Assembly: GCA_963665275.2 (NCBI GenBank)
Contig: CAXXIN010000018.1
Coordinates: 320,001-384,000, forward strand
Direction: 5' to 3'
Source of the DNA: Negativicutes bacterium
GTDB taxonomy: Bacteria > Bacillota > Negativicutes > UBA1444
Length of the DNA stretch: 64,000 nt
The notes beneath the pieces were generated by a model that ran no database searches, was not told the DNA's origin, and saw nothing but the letters and a program-made list of their open reading frames with translations. A program made the position numbers and the translations under genes. Positions 9,207 through 17,836 of the stretch are shown here, piece after piece (within the stretch, counting starts at the first letter, position 1; each line of letters opens with the position of its first letter).

Positions 9207-9869
9207 ATGGAGCGAACAAAGAAGCAGTTTGCAGTGATCGGACTGGGACGCTTCGGGACAAGTGTGGCGATGACATTGCAATCACTGGGACATGAAGTGC
9301 TGGCTATCGATTCGTCAGAAGAACAGGTTCAGAAACTTAGCGATGCGGTGACCCATGTGGTGCAGGCGGATACGACTGATGAAAACTCACTGAAAGAACT
9401 GGGCCTGCGAAATTTCGACGCAGTCGTGGTTGCCATAGGGGAAGACGTGCAGGCCAATGTGGCGACGACGCTTCTGCTCAAGGAGATGGGAATTCCCTTC
9501 ATCATCGCCAAAGCCAAGAATGCTCTGCATGGAAAGATGTTGGAAAAGATCGGCGCGGATCGCGTGGTTTATCCCGAACGTGATATGGGACTGCGCGTCG
9601 CACATGGGCTTGTCTCGGCCAATGTTCTGGATTATATTGAGCTCTCTCCGAGTTTGAGTCTAGTTGAAGTAAGTGCGCCAAGTAGCTTTTTTGGTAAAAC
9701 TTTGGCTCAAACTGATCTGCGAGCGCATTATGGTGTAAACGTAGTTGCAATTAAACGTTTCGAGGATTTGATTGTTCCCCCCCAACCCAATGAATTGATT
9801 TGCGATGGCGATATTCTTATTGTCATCGGTGCAAAAGATGGCATTCACCGCATTGAGGCTATGGGGTGA
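9207..9869 (+). CDS. ktrA: Ktr/TrkA RCK regulatory subunit (copy 1)
   Basis: FAVIGLGRFG, GADRVVYPERDMG, TrkA_C; 220 aa. Confidence 0.92.
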   Translation: MERTKKQFAVIGLGRFGTSVAMTLQSLGHEVLAIDSSEEQVQKLSDAVTHVVQADTTDENSLKELGLRNFDAVVVAIGEDVQANVATTLLLKEMGIPFIIAKAKNALHGKMLEKIGADRVVYPERDMGLRVAHGLVSANVLDYIELSPSLSLVEVSAPSSFFGKTLAQTDLRAHYGVNVVAIKRFEDLIVPPQPNELICDGDILIVIGAKDGIHRIEAMG

Positions 9870-10080
9870 TTTTGTATAACCTCCGATCAATACTCGAAAA
9901 ACACCGACAGTAGTCGTACTTCAATATTGAAGAGGGCTGCTGTTTATCTTTTGTAAAAATTTCATAAATATTCATTGGGATATCTTGCAAAGCTTCGCAA
10001 AAAGAGTATACTTCAGTACACAATGATTGGAACGGTTTGTTCCGTAAATTATTCATCCCAACCCTAGGGAGGTCTTCGCC

Positions 10081-11922
10081 ACGTTTGGTTTATTAAGTCG
10101 GCTATTGATCGGAAGACCTTTGCACAATATCGAGCTGGGTCACGAAAAATTACCGAAATGGAAAGCGTTGTCTATTTTTTCTTCTGATGCGATATCGTCC
10201 GTGGGTTACGGGCCTGAGCAAGTCGCTATTGTATTAGCCGTACCAGGTATTCTGGCATATGGCTACTTTAGCGATGTTATTCTTGCAGTTGTGCTGTTGC
10301 TTGGCATCGTTACCCTGTCCTATGTTCAGGTCGCAAAAGCAAATCCTGGCGGTGGAGGATCGTATTCTGTCGCAATTCACAATTTGGGAGAACTACCGGC
10401 TCTCGTTGCTGCGGCATCTTTATTTGCAGATTACGTCCTTACGGTTGCAGTCAGTATTTCTTCCGGCACGGATGCTTTGATTTCAGCGTTCCCAGGATTG
10501 GTTGGCAAAGAAGTTACCCTTGATCTAGTTGTGCTTTTTGGGGTGCTTATGCTGATTAATCTGCGTGGGGTGAGGGAGTCCTCCAATGTATTTGTACTGC
10601 CAACCTATTTGTTTGTTTTTGGCATGGTTGCAATGATTATTGCCGGAATTTATCAGGCTCTCTCGGGGACGGGACCGGTGATTCCGCAAGAATCGGTTGT
10701 TAGGCAACAATTTGACATGACAATGCTAGTATTGGTTTTGCGGGCATTTGCCAATGGTTGCAGCTCAATGACCGGAGTAGAAGCTATTTCTAATGGTGTT
10801 CCGATGTTTGAAGAACCTGCAGTTTCGAATTCAATTAAGACGACCCTTTTGATGTCTGGACTATTAGGTTTTATTCTGGCAGGTGTTGGTTTTCTCATCA
10901 TGCATTATCATCTTATGCCAATGGAAAATGTTACAATGCTGTCGCAGTTGGCAGAAAATATTTTCGGTCGCGATTGGTTCTATTATTACATTCAAATTAC
11001 AACCATGCTAATATTGTATTTGGCTGCCAATACATCTTATAACGGGTTGCCACCGCTTCTTTCGATCCTGGCGAAAGATAAGTACGTGCCACGTTATTTG
11101 GGATACCGAGGAGAACGGTTAAGTTTTTCCAATGGGATTGTGTTGCTGACATTCAGTGCAGGGCTTCTAATATGGGTTTTCAATGGCAATGTTGAACATT
11201 TGATATCTTTGTATGCTATTGGTGTATTTTTATCATTTACTATTGCTCAGGTGGGCTTGATTGTTTATTGGCGGAAAGAAAAGAGCGCAAACTGGAAGAT
11301 TCGGTCCGCCATTAACGCATTGGGCGCCTTGACGACTGGAATTGTAGTGCTGGTCATAGGGGAATCAAAGTTTGAAAGCGGCGCTTGGATCATCATTATA
11401 TTCATTCCAATCATGGTGTATATTTTTAAAAAAATACGTCGTCACTATGATGACATGGCAGAACAACTTCATCTTTCGCTGGATAAAGGAAATCCTTTCG
11501 TGCCGGCAAAACCGGGACGAAATATCGTGGTAATCCCAATCGCCAGTCCAACCAATGTTGTTGCGCAGACTGTACTCTATGCGAAAACGATCAGTGATAA
11601 TATCATCGCAGTGTATGTTGCAACTGACCCGGAAGAGGCCGAGCGCATCCGGACTAAATGGAATGCGTGTGATACAGGCGTACCTTTGGCGACGGTAGCG
11701 TCAAATTATCGACTGGTTATTCAGCCTATCCTTAATTTCATTGGGAAGCTGGAACGAGAAAAACGGCCGGAAGATTTCATTACTGTTTTAATTCCAGAAT
11801 TTGAAACCAATAAGTGGTGGCACCGATTCCTGCATAACCAGACCGGTCTGATTTTACGAACTTTACTGATTTTAAGGGATAATGTGATTGTAACCACGAT
11901 TCCATATCACCTTAAAAAATAA
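10081..11922 (+). CDS. kimA: KimA/YdaO-type APC-fold K+ transporter; apparent ACG start (next canonical start TTG 10105)
   Basis: LIGRPL..SSDAISSVGYG, GGGSY, DYVLTVAVSIS, TGVEAISNG, WWHRFLHNQT; GGGAGGT RBS 7 nt before ACG. Confidence 0.85.
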   Translation, partial: TFGLLSRLLIGRPLHNIELGHEKLPKWKALSIFSSDAISSVGYGPEQVAIVLAVPGILAYGYFSDVILAVVLLLGIVTLSYVQVAKANPGGGGSYSVAIHNLGELPALVAAASLFADYVLTVAVSISSGTDALISAFPGLVGKEVTLDLVVLFGVLMLINLRGVRESSNVFVLPTYLFVFGMVAMIIAGIYQALSGTGPVIPQESVVRQQFDMTMLVLVLRAFANGCSSMTGVEAISNGVPMFEEPAVSNSIKTTLLMSGLLGFILAGVGFLIMHYHLMPMENVTMLSQLAENIFGRDWFYYYIQITTMLILYLAANTSYNGLPPLLSILAKDKYVPRYLGYRGERLSFSNGIVLLTFSAGLLIWVFNGNVEHLISLYAIGVFLSFTIAQVGLIVYWRKEKSANWKIRSAINALGALTTGIVVLVIGESKFESGAWIIIIFIPIMVYIFKKIRRHYDDMAEQLHLSLDKGNPFVPAKPGRNIVVIPIASPTNVVAQTVLYAKTISDNIIAVYVATDPEEAERIRTKWNACDTGVPLATVASNYRLVIQPILNFIGKLEREKRPEDFITVLIPEFETNKWWHRFLHNQTGLILRTLLILRDNVIVTTIPYHLKK

Positions 11923-12021
11923 AATTGCCAGGGTGCGGATTGTTTGAAACAGTCAGGTTACGTGCTCGTATTCAGAATCCGGCAGGATAAGTCATGAGTG
12001 GTTATAGAAGGAGACGATCTA

Positions 12022-12684
12022 ATGGATAGAACGAAGAAACAATTTGCAGTGATTGGGTTGGGGCGCTTCGGGACAAGTGTGGCGATAACCCTGCAATCTT
12101 TGGGGCATGAAGTACTGGCAGTCGATGCGGACGAAGAACGGGTACGAAAAATTAGTGATTCGGTCACTCACGTAGTCCAAGCCAATACGACCGACGAAAA
12201 TTCTCTCAATGCGCTCGGGTTGCGTAATTTTGATGCAGTCGTTGTCGCGATTGGCGAAGATGTGCAGGCCAATGTGGCGACGACCCTTCTGCTTAAGGAG
12301 ATGGGAATTCCTTTCATCATCGCCAAAGCCAAGAATGCCTTGCACGGGAAAATGCTGGAAAAAATCGGTGCAGACCGTGTTGTATATCCGGAACGGGATA
12401 TGGGGCAGCGCGTTGCGCATAGCCTGATTTCGTCAAATGTGCTGGATTATATTGAGCTTTCACCCAATTTGAGCCTGGTTGAAGTAACCGCGCCAGGGCT
12501 TTTTATCGGGCGGACACTGCAACAGACAAACATGCGGGCTCTTTATGGTGTAAACGTCGTAGCGATCAAACGCTATGACACACTGATCGTGCCGCCCGAA
12601 CCGGATGAAATAATACAGGATTGTGATATTTTGATTATGATAGGTTCCTCGGAAGGGGTGCAGCGGTTGGAGGTTCTTGGGTGA
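12022..12684 (+). CDS. ktrA: Ktr/TrkA RCK regulatory subunit (copy 2)
   Basis: Close paralog of 9207..9869, same length; AAGGAG RBS. Confidence 0.92.
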   Translation: MDRTKKQFAVIGLGRFGTSVAITLQSLGHEVLAVDADEERVRKISDSVTHVVQANTTDENSLNALGLRNFDAVVVAIGEDVQANVATTLLLKEMGIPFIIAKAKNALHGKMLEKIGADRVVYPERDMGQRVAHSLISSNVLDYIELSPNLSLVEVTAPGLFIGRTLQQTNMRALYGVNVVAIKRYDTLIVPPEPDEIIQDCDILIMIGSSEGVQRLEVLG

Positions 12685-13490
12685 GGCGACAGATTGTGAG
12701 CCCCGATAATCACTATGTTAAATTGGCAGCCTCTCTGCGACAAAAAAAATATCGGGACGAAAACGCGCTGTTTGTGGTGGAGGGGCTACGGTTTGTGAAG
12801 GAAGCTCTCGTATCAGCGTGGACCCTGGAATATGTCGTGGTTGATGAAGATAAAGCCAACAATGGCAAAATCCAGGAGTTTCTTGGTTCCATTGCAGAGC
12901 GTAACTGCCCAGTCTTATCGGTGCCTTTGAAACTGTATCAAAAAATCAGCGATACTGAGAATCCTCAAGGGATTCTGGCTGTTATCAAGCAGAAAACGCA
13001 GTCGCTGGAGGGGCTTCCAATCGGAGGACCGACATCTTTGTGGGTGATAATGGATTCGCTACAGGATCCCGGCAATGTTGGCACGATCATTCGTGCTGCA
13101 GACGCTGCGGGAGCTGCGGGAGTAATTCTCACGCCGGATTGCGCTGATCTTTACGCGGGGAAAACGACGCGGGCGACAATGGGGTCTTTATTTCACATTC
13201 CTGTCGTCCGGGTGTCAGTGGATCAGTGTCTTGCTTTTTGCGCCCAACGGGGGCTGGCGCTTTATGCAGCTGGCGCAGAAGCGGCAGTAAGCTATTCTGA
13301 TGTGAAACTGACAGAACCATGCGCAGTTATATTCGGCAATGAGGGAGCGGGCGTTCGTCACGAGTTCAAACGCCACGCAAAGTTAACTATTAAAATCCCG
13401 ATTCTGGGTCAGGCGGAGTCTCTGAACGTTGCATCCGCGGCAGCGGTTATTTTGTTCGAGGCCGCCAGACAGCGTGGCATGGCCTTGTAA
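12681..13490 (+). CDS. TrmH/SpoU family RNA methyltransferase
   Basis: DPGNVGTIIR, FGNEGAG, ESLNVASAA; usual position upstream of pheS. Confidence 0.92.
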   Translation: MRRQIVSPDNHYVKLAASLRQKKYRDENALFVVEGLRFVKEALVSAWTLEYVVVDEDKANNGKIQEFLGSIAERNCPVLSVPLKLYQKISDTENPQGILAVIKQKTQSLEGLPIGGPTSLWVIMDSLQDPGNVGTIIRAADAAGAAGVILTPDCADLYAGKTTRATMGSLFHIPVVRVSVDQCLAFCAQRGLALYAAGAEAAVSYSDVKLTEPCAVIFGNEGAGVRHEFKRHAKLTIKIPILGQAESLNVASAAAVILFEAARQRGMAL

Positions 13491-13514
13491 TATGATGATT
13501 GAATATGTTATAAT
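13485..13514 (+). promoter_or_regulatory. SigA promoter upstream of yqzL-like ORF and pheS T-box
   Basis: TTGTAA-N18-TATAAT with TG extension. Confidence 0.6.
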
Positions 13515-13569
13515 TCAGCCGTAACGTAGACTAATCCGGTTTCAAATATCGGAGAGGAAGTGTTGCGGT

Positions 13570-13665
13570 TTGGAAACAGCAACTTTTTATTGGAAGATCT
13601 TCGAAACGACAGGATCCATTGCCGCTTACCTCGTCTATAAGCATTTGATGGAACTATCAGCATAA
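13570..13665 (+). CDS. YqzL-like small protein (31 aa)
   Basis: METATFYWKIFETTGSIAAYLVYKHLMELSA; WKxFxxTG.I..YL.YK motif; GGAGAGG RBS; below ORF-track cutoff. Confidence 0.7.
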   Translation: METATFYWKIFETTGSIAAYLVYKHLMELSA

Positions 13666-13679
13666 ATTAGAAAGTTAAA

Positions 13680-13907
13680 CCGATGATGGAGAGAGTACGT
13701 TGGATGTTCACGTAAACAGGGAGTTGCTGCCGTAGATTGAGAGCAGTGGCCGTGAAGTCAACCGAAGTTCACTCCTGAGGGTCAGCTGAGCCATTGCCAT
13801 GGTTAGGCGGAACGTATTGCCGACGTTAAAGGCCTTGAGTGAAAAATTTGGGTGGTACCGCGAAATTGGACTTTCGCCCCTGCAAGGGGTGAGGGTCTTT
13901 TTGTTTA
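13680..13907 (+). ncRNA. T-box riboswitch, Phe specifier
   Basis: Stem I with GAAG-TTC-A (13768-13770); GGGTGGTACCGCG 13850-13862; terminator + T tract. Confidence 0.92.
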
Positions 13908-13942
13908 TGGACAGATCTGGCTAGTGAAGGAGAGGAGAAGAC

Positions 13943-14965
13943 ATGGAAAAAGAGTTGCAACGCATCCGGGAAACGGCATTCCGTGAATTGGAACTGGCGG
14001 CCGACGTCGGCGCAGTCAACGAACTGAGGGTAAAAGTTCTGGGCAAGAAAGGTGATCTTACTGCGGTATTGCGTGGAATGGGAGCGTTGAGCGCCGCTGA
14101 TCGTCCACGTATTGGGCAATTGGTAAATGAGTTGCGCATCGAATTCGAAAATGCGCTGCAAAGTAAGCATGAAATATTTAAAGAGACGGAGTTGAACCGA
14201 CGTCTGGTCGCAGAGAAAATCGACGTGACATTGCCGGGGCGCGGCCGCGCGTTGGGGCGTCGACATCCATTGACCCTTGCTCTGGACCGGATCAAGGACG
14301 TTTTTCTGCGGATGGGATTTGACATTGAGGAAGGCCCGGAAGTAGAGAGTGACTATTATAATTTTGAGGCGCTGAATCTGCCACCAGATCATCCGGCTCG
14401 CGATATGCAAGATTCGTTTTACATCACCGAACAGTTTTTGCTCAGGACTCACACTTCACCCGTTCAGGTGCGGACGATGCAGTCCAAGCTTCCCAATACC
14501 CCGATTCGCATCATTGCTCCAGGCAAGGTATATCGTCGTGACTATGATGCTACGCATTCCCCCATGTTTCAACAGGTCGAAGGTCTGGTGGTTGGACCGG
14601 ATATCCGGTTTTCCGATTTGAAGGGAACGCTTGAGCTTTTTTGCAAGGGAATCTTCGGCGATAGCGTTAAGGTGCGTTTCCGGCCAAGCTATTTTCCGTT
14701 CACTGAGCCGAGTGCAGAGGTCGACATTTCCTGTGTGATTTGCAAAGGCAGCGGCTGCCGCGTTTGCAAGGGAACGGGCTGGCTGGAGATCTTGGGGTCC
14801 GGCATGGTTCATCCCCGGGTACTGGAAATGAGTCAATACGATCCGTCACTGGTCAGTGGTTTTGCTTTTGGCATGGGAGTCGAGAGGATCGCCATGTTGG
14901 TGTTCGGTATTGATGACATGCGGTTGTTCTATGAAAATGACGTGCGCTTTTTGCGCCGTTTCTAA
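13943..14965 (+). CDS. pheS: Phenylalanine-tRNA ligase alpha subunit
   Basis: [36 protein letters not shown]. Confidence 0.98.
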   Translation: MEKELQRIRETAFRELELAADVGAVNELRVKVLGKKGDLTAVLRGMGALSAADRPRIGQLVNELRIEFENALQSKHEIFKETELNRRLVAEKIDVTLPGRGRALGRRHPLTLALDRIKDVFLRMGFDIEEGPEVESDYYNFEALNLPPDHPARDMQDSFYITEQFLLRTHTSPVQVRTMQSKLPNTPIRIIAPGKVYRRDYDATHSPMFQQVEGLVVGPDIRFSDLKGTLELFCKGIFGDSVKVRFRPSYFPFTEPSAEVDISCVICKGSGCRVCKGTGWLEILGSGMVHPRVLEMSQYDPSLVSGFAFGMGVERIAMLVFGIDDMRLFYENDVRFLRRF

Positions 14966-14980
14966 GGGAGGTACAGCGAT

Positions 14981-17413
14981 ATGCGCGCACCCGTAAAATG
15001 GCTCAAAGATTATGTGGCTTTTGATGAAGCTCCTGAAATTCTCGGAGAACGTCTGACAATGGCGGGAATACCGGTCGAAGGGATTGACCGGCCCTGCACG
15101 GGACTCAAAAATATAGTGACAGGTCTGATACGCAGTGTGGACCCCCATCCGAATGCGGACCGCCTTTCTGTCTGTGTGTTGGATTTGGGTGGGCGTCTTG
15201 TCAAGATTGTCACTGCCGCGACCAATGTCAGGGCAGGACAGGTGGTTCCGGTTGCGCTGGCTGGCGCGGTGCTGGCTGACGGCAAAGTGATCCAGCCCAC
15301 GGATTTTCGGGGCATTCCGTCAGACGGTATGCTGTGCAGCGCCGAAGAAATTGTTGGCGATACGAAAGTAATTGCGCCGGAGAAACGGGACGGCATTTAT
15401 ATATTGCCGCAAGATACCCCGCTGGGGCAGGATATTCGTCCGGTCATGGGACTGGATGATGTTACTCTGGAATTTGAGCTGACAGCCAACCGCGCCGATT
15501 GTTTTTCTGTGCTCGGAATTGCAAGGGAGATTGGTGTTTTGACAGGTAACAGGGCGAAGCGTCCGTTGTTGACCCTGCAGGAAAAAGGACTGGGAAAAGC
15601 CTCGGACATGGCTACTATTGAGATTCGGAACCCGGAGCTGTGCAAACGCTTCTGCGCCAGAATCCTGACGAATGTCCGGATCGGCGAATCTCCGTTGTGG
15701 ATGCAGCATCGTCTGCAAGCCGCTGGCATGCGTCCGATCAGTAACGTGGTAGATGTGACCAATTTTGTCATGCTGGAAATGGGATTGCCCATGCACGCCT
15801 ATGATTACAGTTTACTGGCCAAGCGCAGCATTGTGGTCAGAAGGGCGGCTGCTGGAGAAAAACTGACGACACTGGACGGGAACAAACGAGACCTGACGCC
15901 TGATATGCTGGTGATCGCGGATGCGATGCAACCTGTCGGAATTGCAGGGGTCATGGGCGGATTGGCGACTGAAGTTTCACCTTCAACGCGCACGGTGCTG
16001 CTTGAGGCGGCGGCTTTCTATGGACCCAGCATCCGCAGAACTTCAAGGGGGCTCGGTCTACGATCCGAAGCCTCCGGTCGTTTTGAACGGGGTGTCGATG
16101 TGGCGGCTATGCCGCTGGCTATTGATCGTGCCGCTCAATTACTGGAAGAAATGGGAGCCTGCGAGGTCGTTCCAGGGATCATCGATGTTTATCCTAGTGT
16201 AGTATTGCCGGCGCAGTTTAGTTTTACAGGCGCCTGGATCAACCGCTATCTTGGTTCTGATATTCCAGTATCGACGATGTTGGATATTTTGAGTAAACTT
16301 GAATTCTCTGTGCAGGCAGTAGAAGATTCGGTCAAGGTGACGGCTCCGACCTGGCGGCACGATGTAACGGGACCCGTCGATATTGCTGAAGAAGTAGCGC
16401 GAATTTACGGCTATGATAATATTCCTTCAACCAAACCGGTAGGCCCGCTTCATGCGGGGGGCGCAGCGACAGAACGTGGAGCCTTTGACAAAGTTCGCGA
16501 CCTGATGTCTGGATTCGGTTTTTATGAAACGCTGTCCTTCAGTTTTTCTCATCCTGATTTCTTTAATTATCTTCGATTGCCTGTGGATAGTTCGCTTCGT
16601 AATGCGATTCCCATCCTGAATCCGATCACGGATGAATTTCCGATCCTTCGGACCACCTTACTTGCTGGGCTCCTGGATACGGTTGCCCGCAATCTTGCCC
16701 GTAAAAATGAAGACCTCCAAATTTATGAAGTGGGTTCCACACATCATGCGAAGAGTTTGCCGCTGATGAGCCATCCGGACGAGGTGTATCGCGTGAGCGG
16801 CGCGATGGTTGGACGAAGGGAGGGTACAGAGTGGTGTCACTCCCGTGAAAGCGTCGATTTCTATGACGTAAAGGGGATTGTGGAGTCCTTGCTTACGGGG
16901 CTGGGGGTTTCAACCTGGCAGGTGGAGGTTGCTACGGCGCCTTGGTTGCATCCTGGGAAACAGGCTGACTTCATCGTGAACGGCGTTACCGTTGCTACAA
17001 CTGGAGCATTGCATCCCGGTGTTCAGGAAGCCTTCGGTCTTGTCAAACCTGTCTACGTTTTCACAATGAATCTGACCGAATTGAATGCTCTAGTTGCATC
17101 AGAATCTATAAGATATGCGCCGTTGCCCAAATATCCCAGCATCACCCGGGATATGGCGATTATCCTTCCATCTGATATACCTGCTGCCGATGTAATGGCG
17201 GAGGTTCGCTCTGCCGGCGGTATTCTGCTGGTGGAATCGCATCTGTTCGATGTATATACGGGGGACAGAGTTGAAAAAGGGACTCGAAGTCTGGCCATTT
17301 CATTATTGTTCAGATCTCCTGACCGAACTTTGACAGATGAAGAGGTCGAAGGGCCATTCCGGTCGTTGATTGGGCAGCTTGAGCAAAAATTCGGCGCCAA
17401 ACTTCGAAGTTAA
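14981..17413 (+). CDS. pheT: Phenylalanine-tRNA ligase beta subunit
   Basis: HPNADRL, NRADC, SEASGRFERG, EEVARIYGY, FDX-ACB tail. Confidence 0.97.
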   Translation: MRAPVKWLKDYVAFDEAPEILGERLTMAGIPVEGIDRPCTGLKNIVTGLIRSVDPHPNADRLSVCVLDLGGRLVKIVTAATNVRAGQVVPVALAGAVLADGKVIQPTDFRGIPSDGMLCSAEEIVGDTKVIAPEKRDGIYILPQDTPLGQDIRPVMGLDDVTLEFELTANRADCFSVLGIAREIGVLTGNRAKRPLLTLQEKGLGKASDMATIEIRNPELCKRFCARILTNVRIGESPLWMQHRLQAAGMRPISNVVDVTNFVMLEMGLPMHAYDYSLLAKRSIVVRRAAAGEKLTTLDGNKRDLTPDMLVIADAMQPVGIAGVMGGLATEVSPSTRTVLLEAAAFYGPSIRRTSRGLGLRSEASGRFERGVDVAAMPLAIDRAAQLLEEMGACEVVPGIIDVYPSVVLPAQFSFTGAWINRYLGSDIPVSTMLDILSKLEFSVQAVEDSVKVTAPTWRHDVTGPVDIAEEVARIYGYDNIPSTKPVGPLHAGGAATERGAFDKVRDLMSGFGFYETLSFSFSHPDFFNYLRLPVDSSLRNAIPILNPITDEFPILRTTLLAGLLDTVARNLARKNEDLQIYEVGSTHHAKSLPLMSHPDEVYRVSGAMVGRREGTEWCHSRESVDFYDVKGIVESLLTGLGVSTWQVEVATAPWLHPGKQADFIVNGVTVATTGALHPGVQEAFGLVKPVYVFTMNLTELNALVASESIRYAPLPKYPSITRDMAIILPSDIPAADVMAEVRSAGGILLVESHLFDVYTGDRVEKGTRSLAISLLFRSPDRTLTDEEVEGPFRSLIGQLEQKFGAKLRS

Positions 17414-17443
17414 GTACCCGATAAAACCTGGAGATTCTTTCTC

Positions 17444-17477
17444 GATGACCGGGAACAATCCCGGTCATCTTTTTTTC
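17444..17477 (+). terminator. Intrinsic terminator after pheT
   Basis: GATGACCGGGA-acaa-TCCCGGTCATC-TTTTTTTT. Confidence 0.85.
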
Positions 17478-17562
17478 TGTAATGATGACGCAGGAATAAT
17501 ATGTGTAAAGAGCGAAAAACTAATAAGAATATATGAAAATCCAGCTTGCGCGGAGGGAAGAC

Positions 17563-17817
17563 ATGGAAAAACGACGATATCGAGTAACCATCACTGTGGG
17601 CGGTGAAAGCTATACGATTCGGGGCGATACGGAGCCGGAACGCGTTCAGAAGGTTGCAGCAATTTTGGATGAACGTCTGCGACAGACTGAACGAACTTAT
17701 CCCAGCCTTTCTCCAGCCAAAATTGCTGTTCTTACAGGATTGAACCTGACCGAAGAATTTCTTCGGCTGCAGGAAGATTATCAGCAACTGTTGGCGATGG
17801 TGAAACAAGTCAGATAA
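17563..17817 (+). CDS. zapA: Cell division protein ZapA
   Basis: VTITVGGESYTI..KIAVLTGLNL; synteny pheT-zapA-mutS2. Confidence 0.88.
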   Translation: MEKRRYRVTITVGGESYTIRGDTEPERVQKVAAILDERLRQTERTYPSLSPAKIAVLTGLNLTEEFLRLQEDYQQLLAMVKQVR

Positions 17818-17836
17818 TAAGGTAAGGAATACGATT

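Noticed and set aside
9870-10080. c-di-AMP (ydaO) riboswitch upstream of kimA
   Set aside because: Conserved motifs and terminator not recognisable
13826-14452. 208-aa minus-strand ORF
   Set aside because: Antisense shadow of pheS
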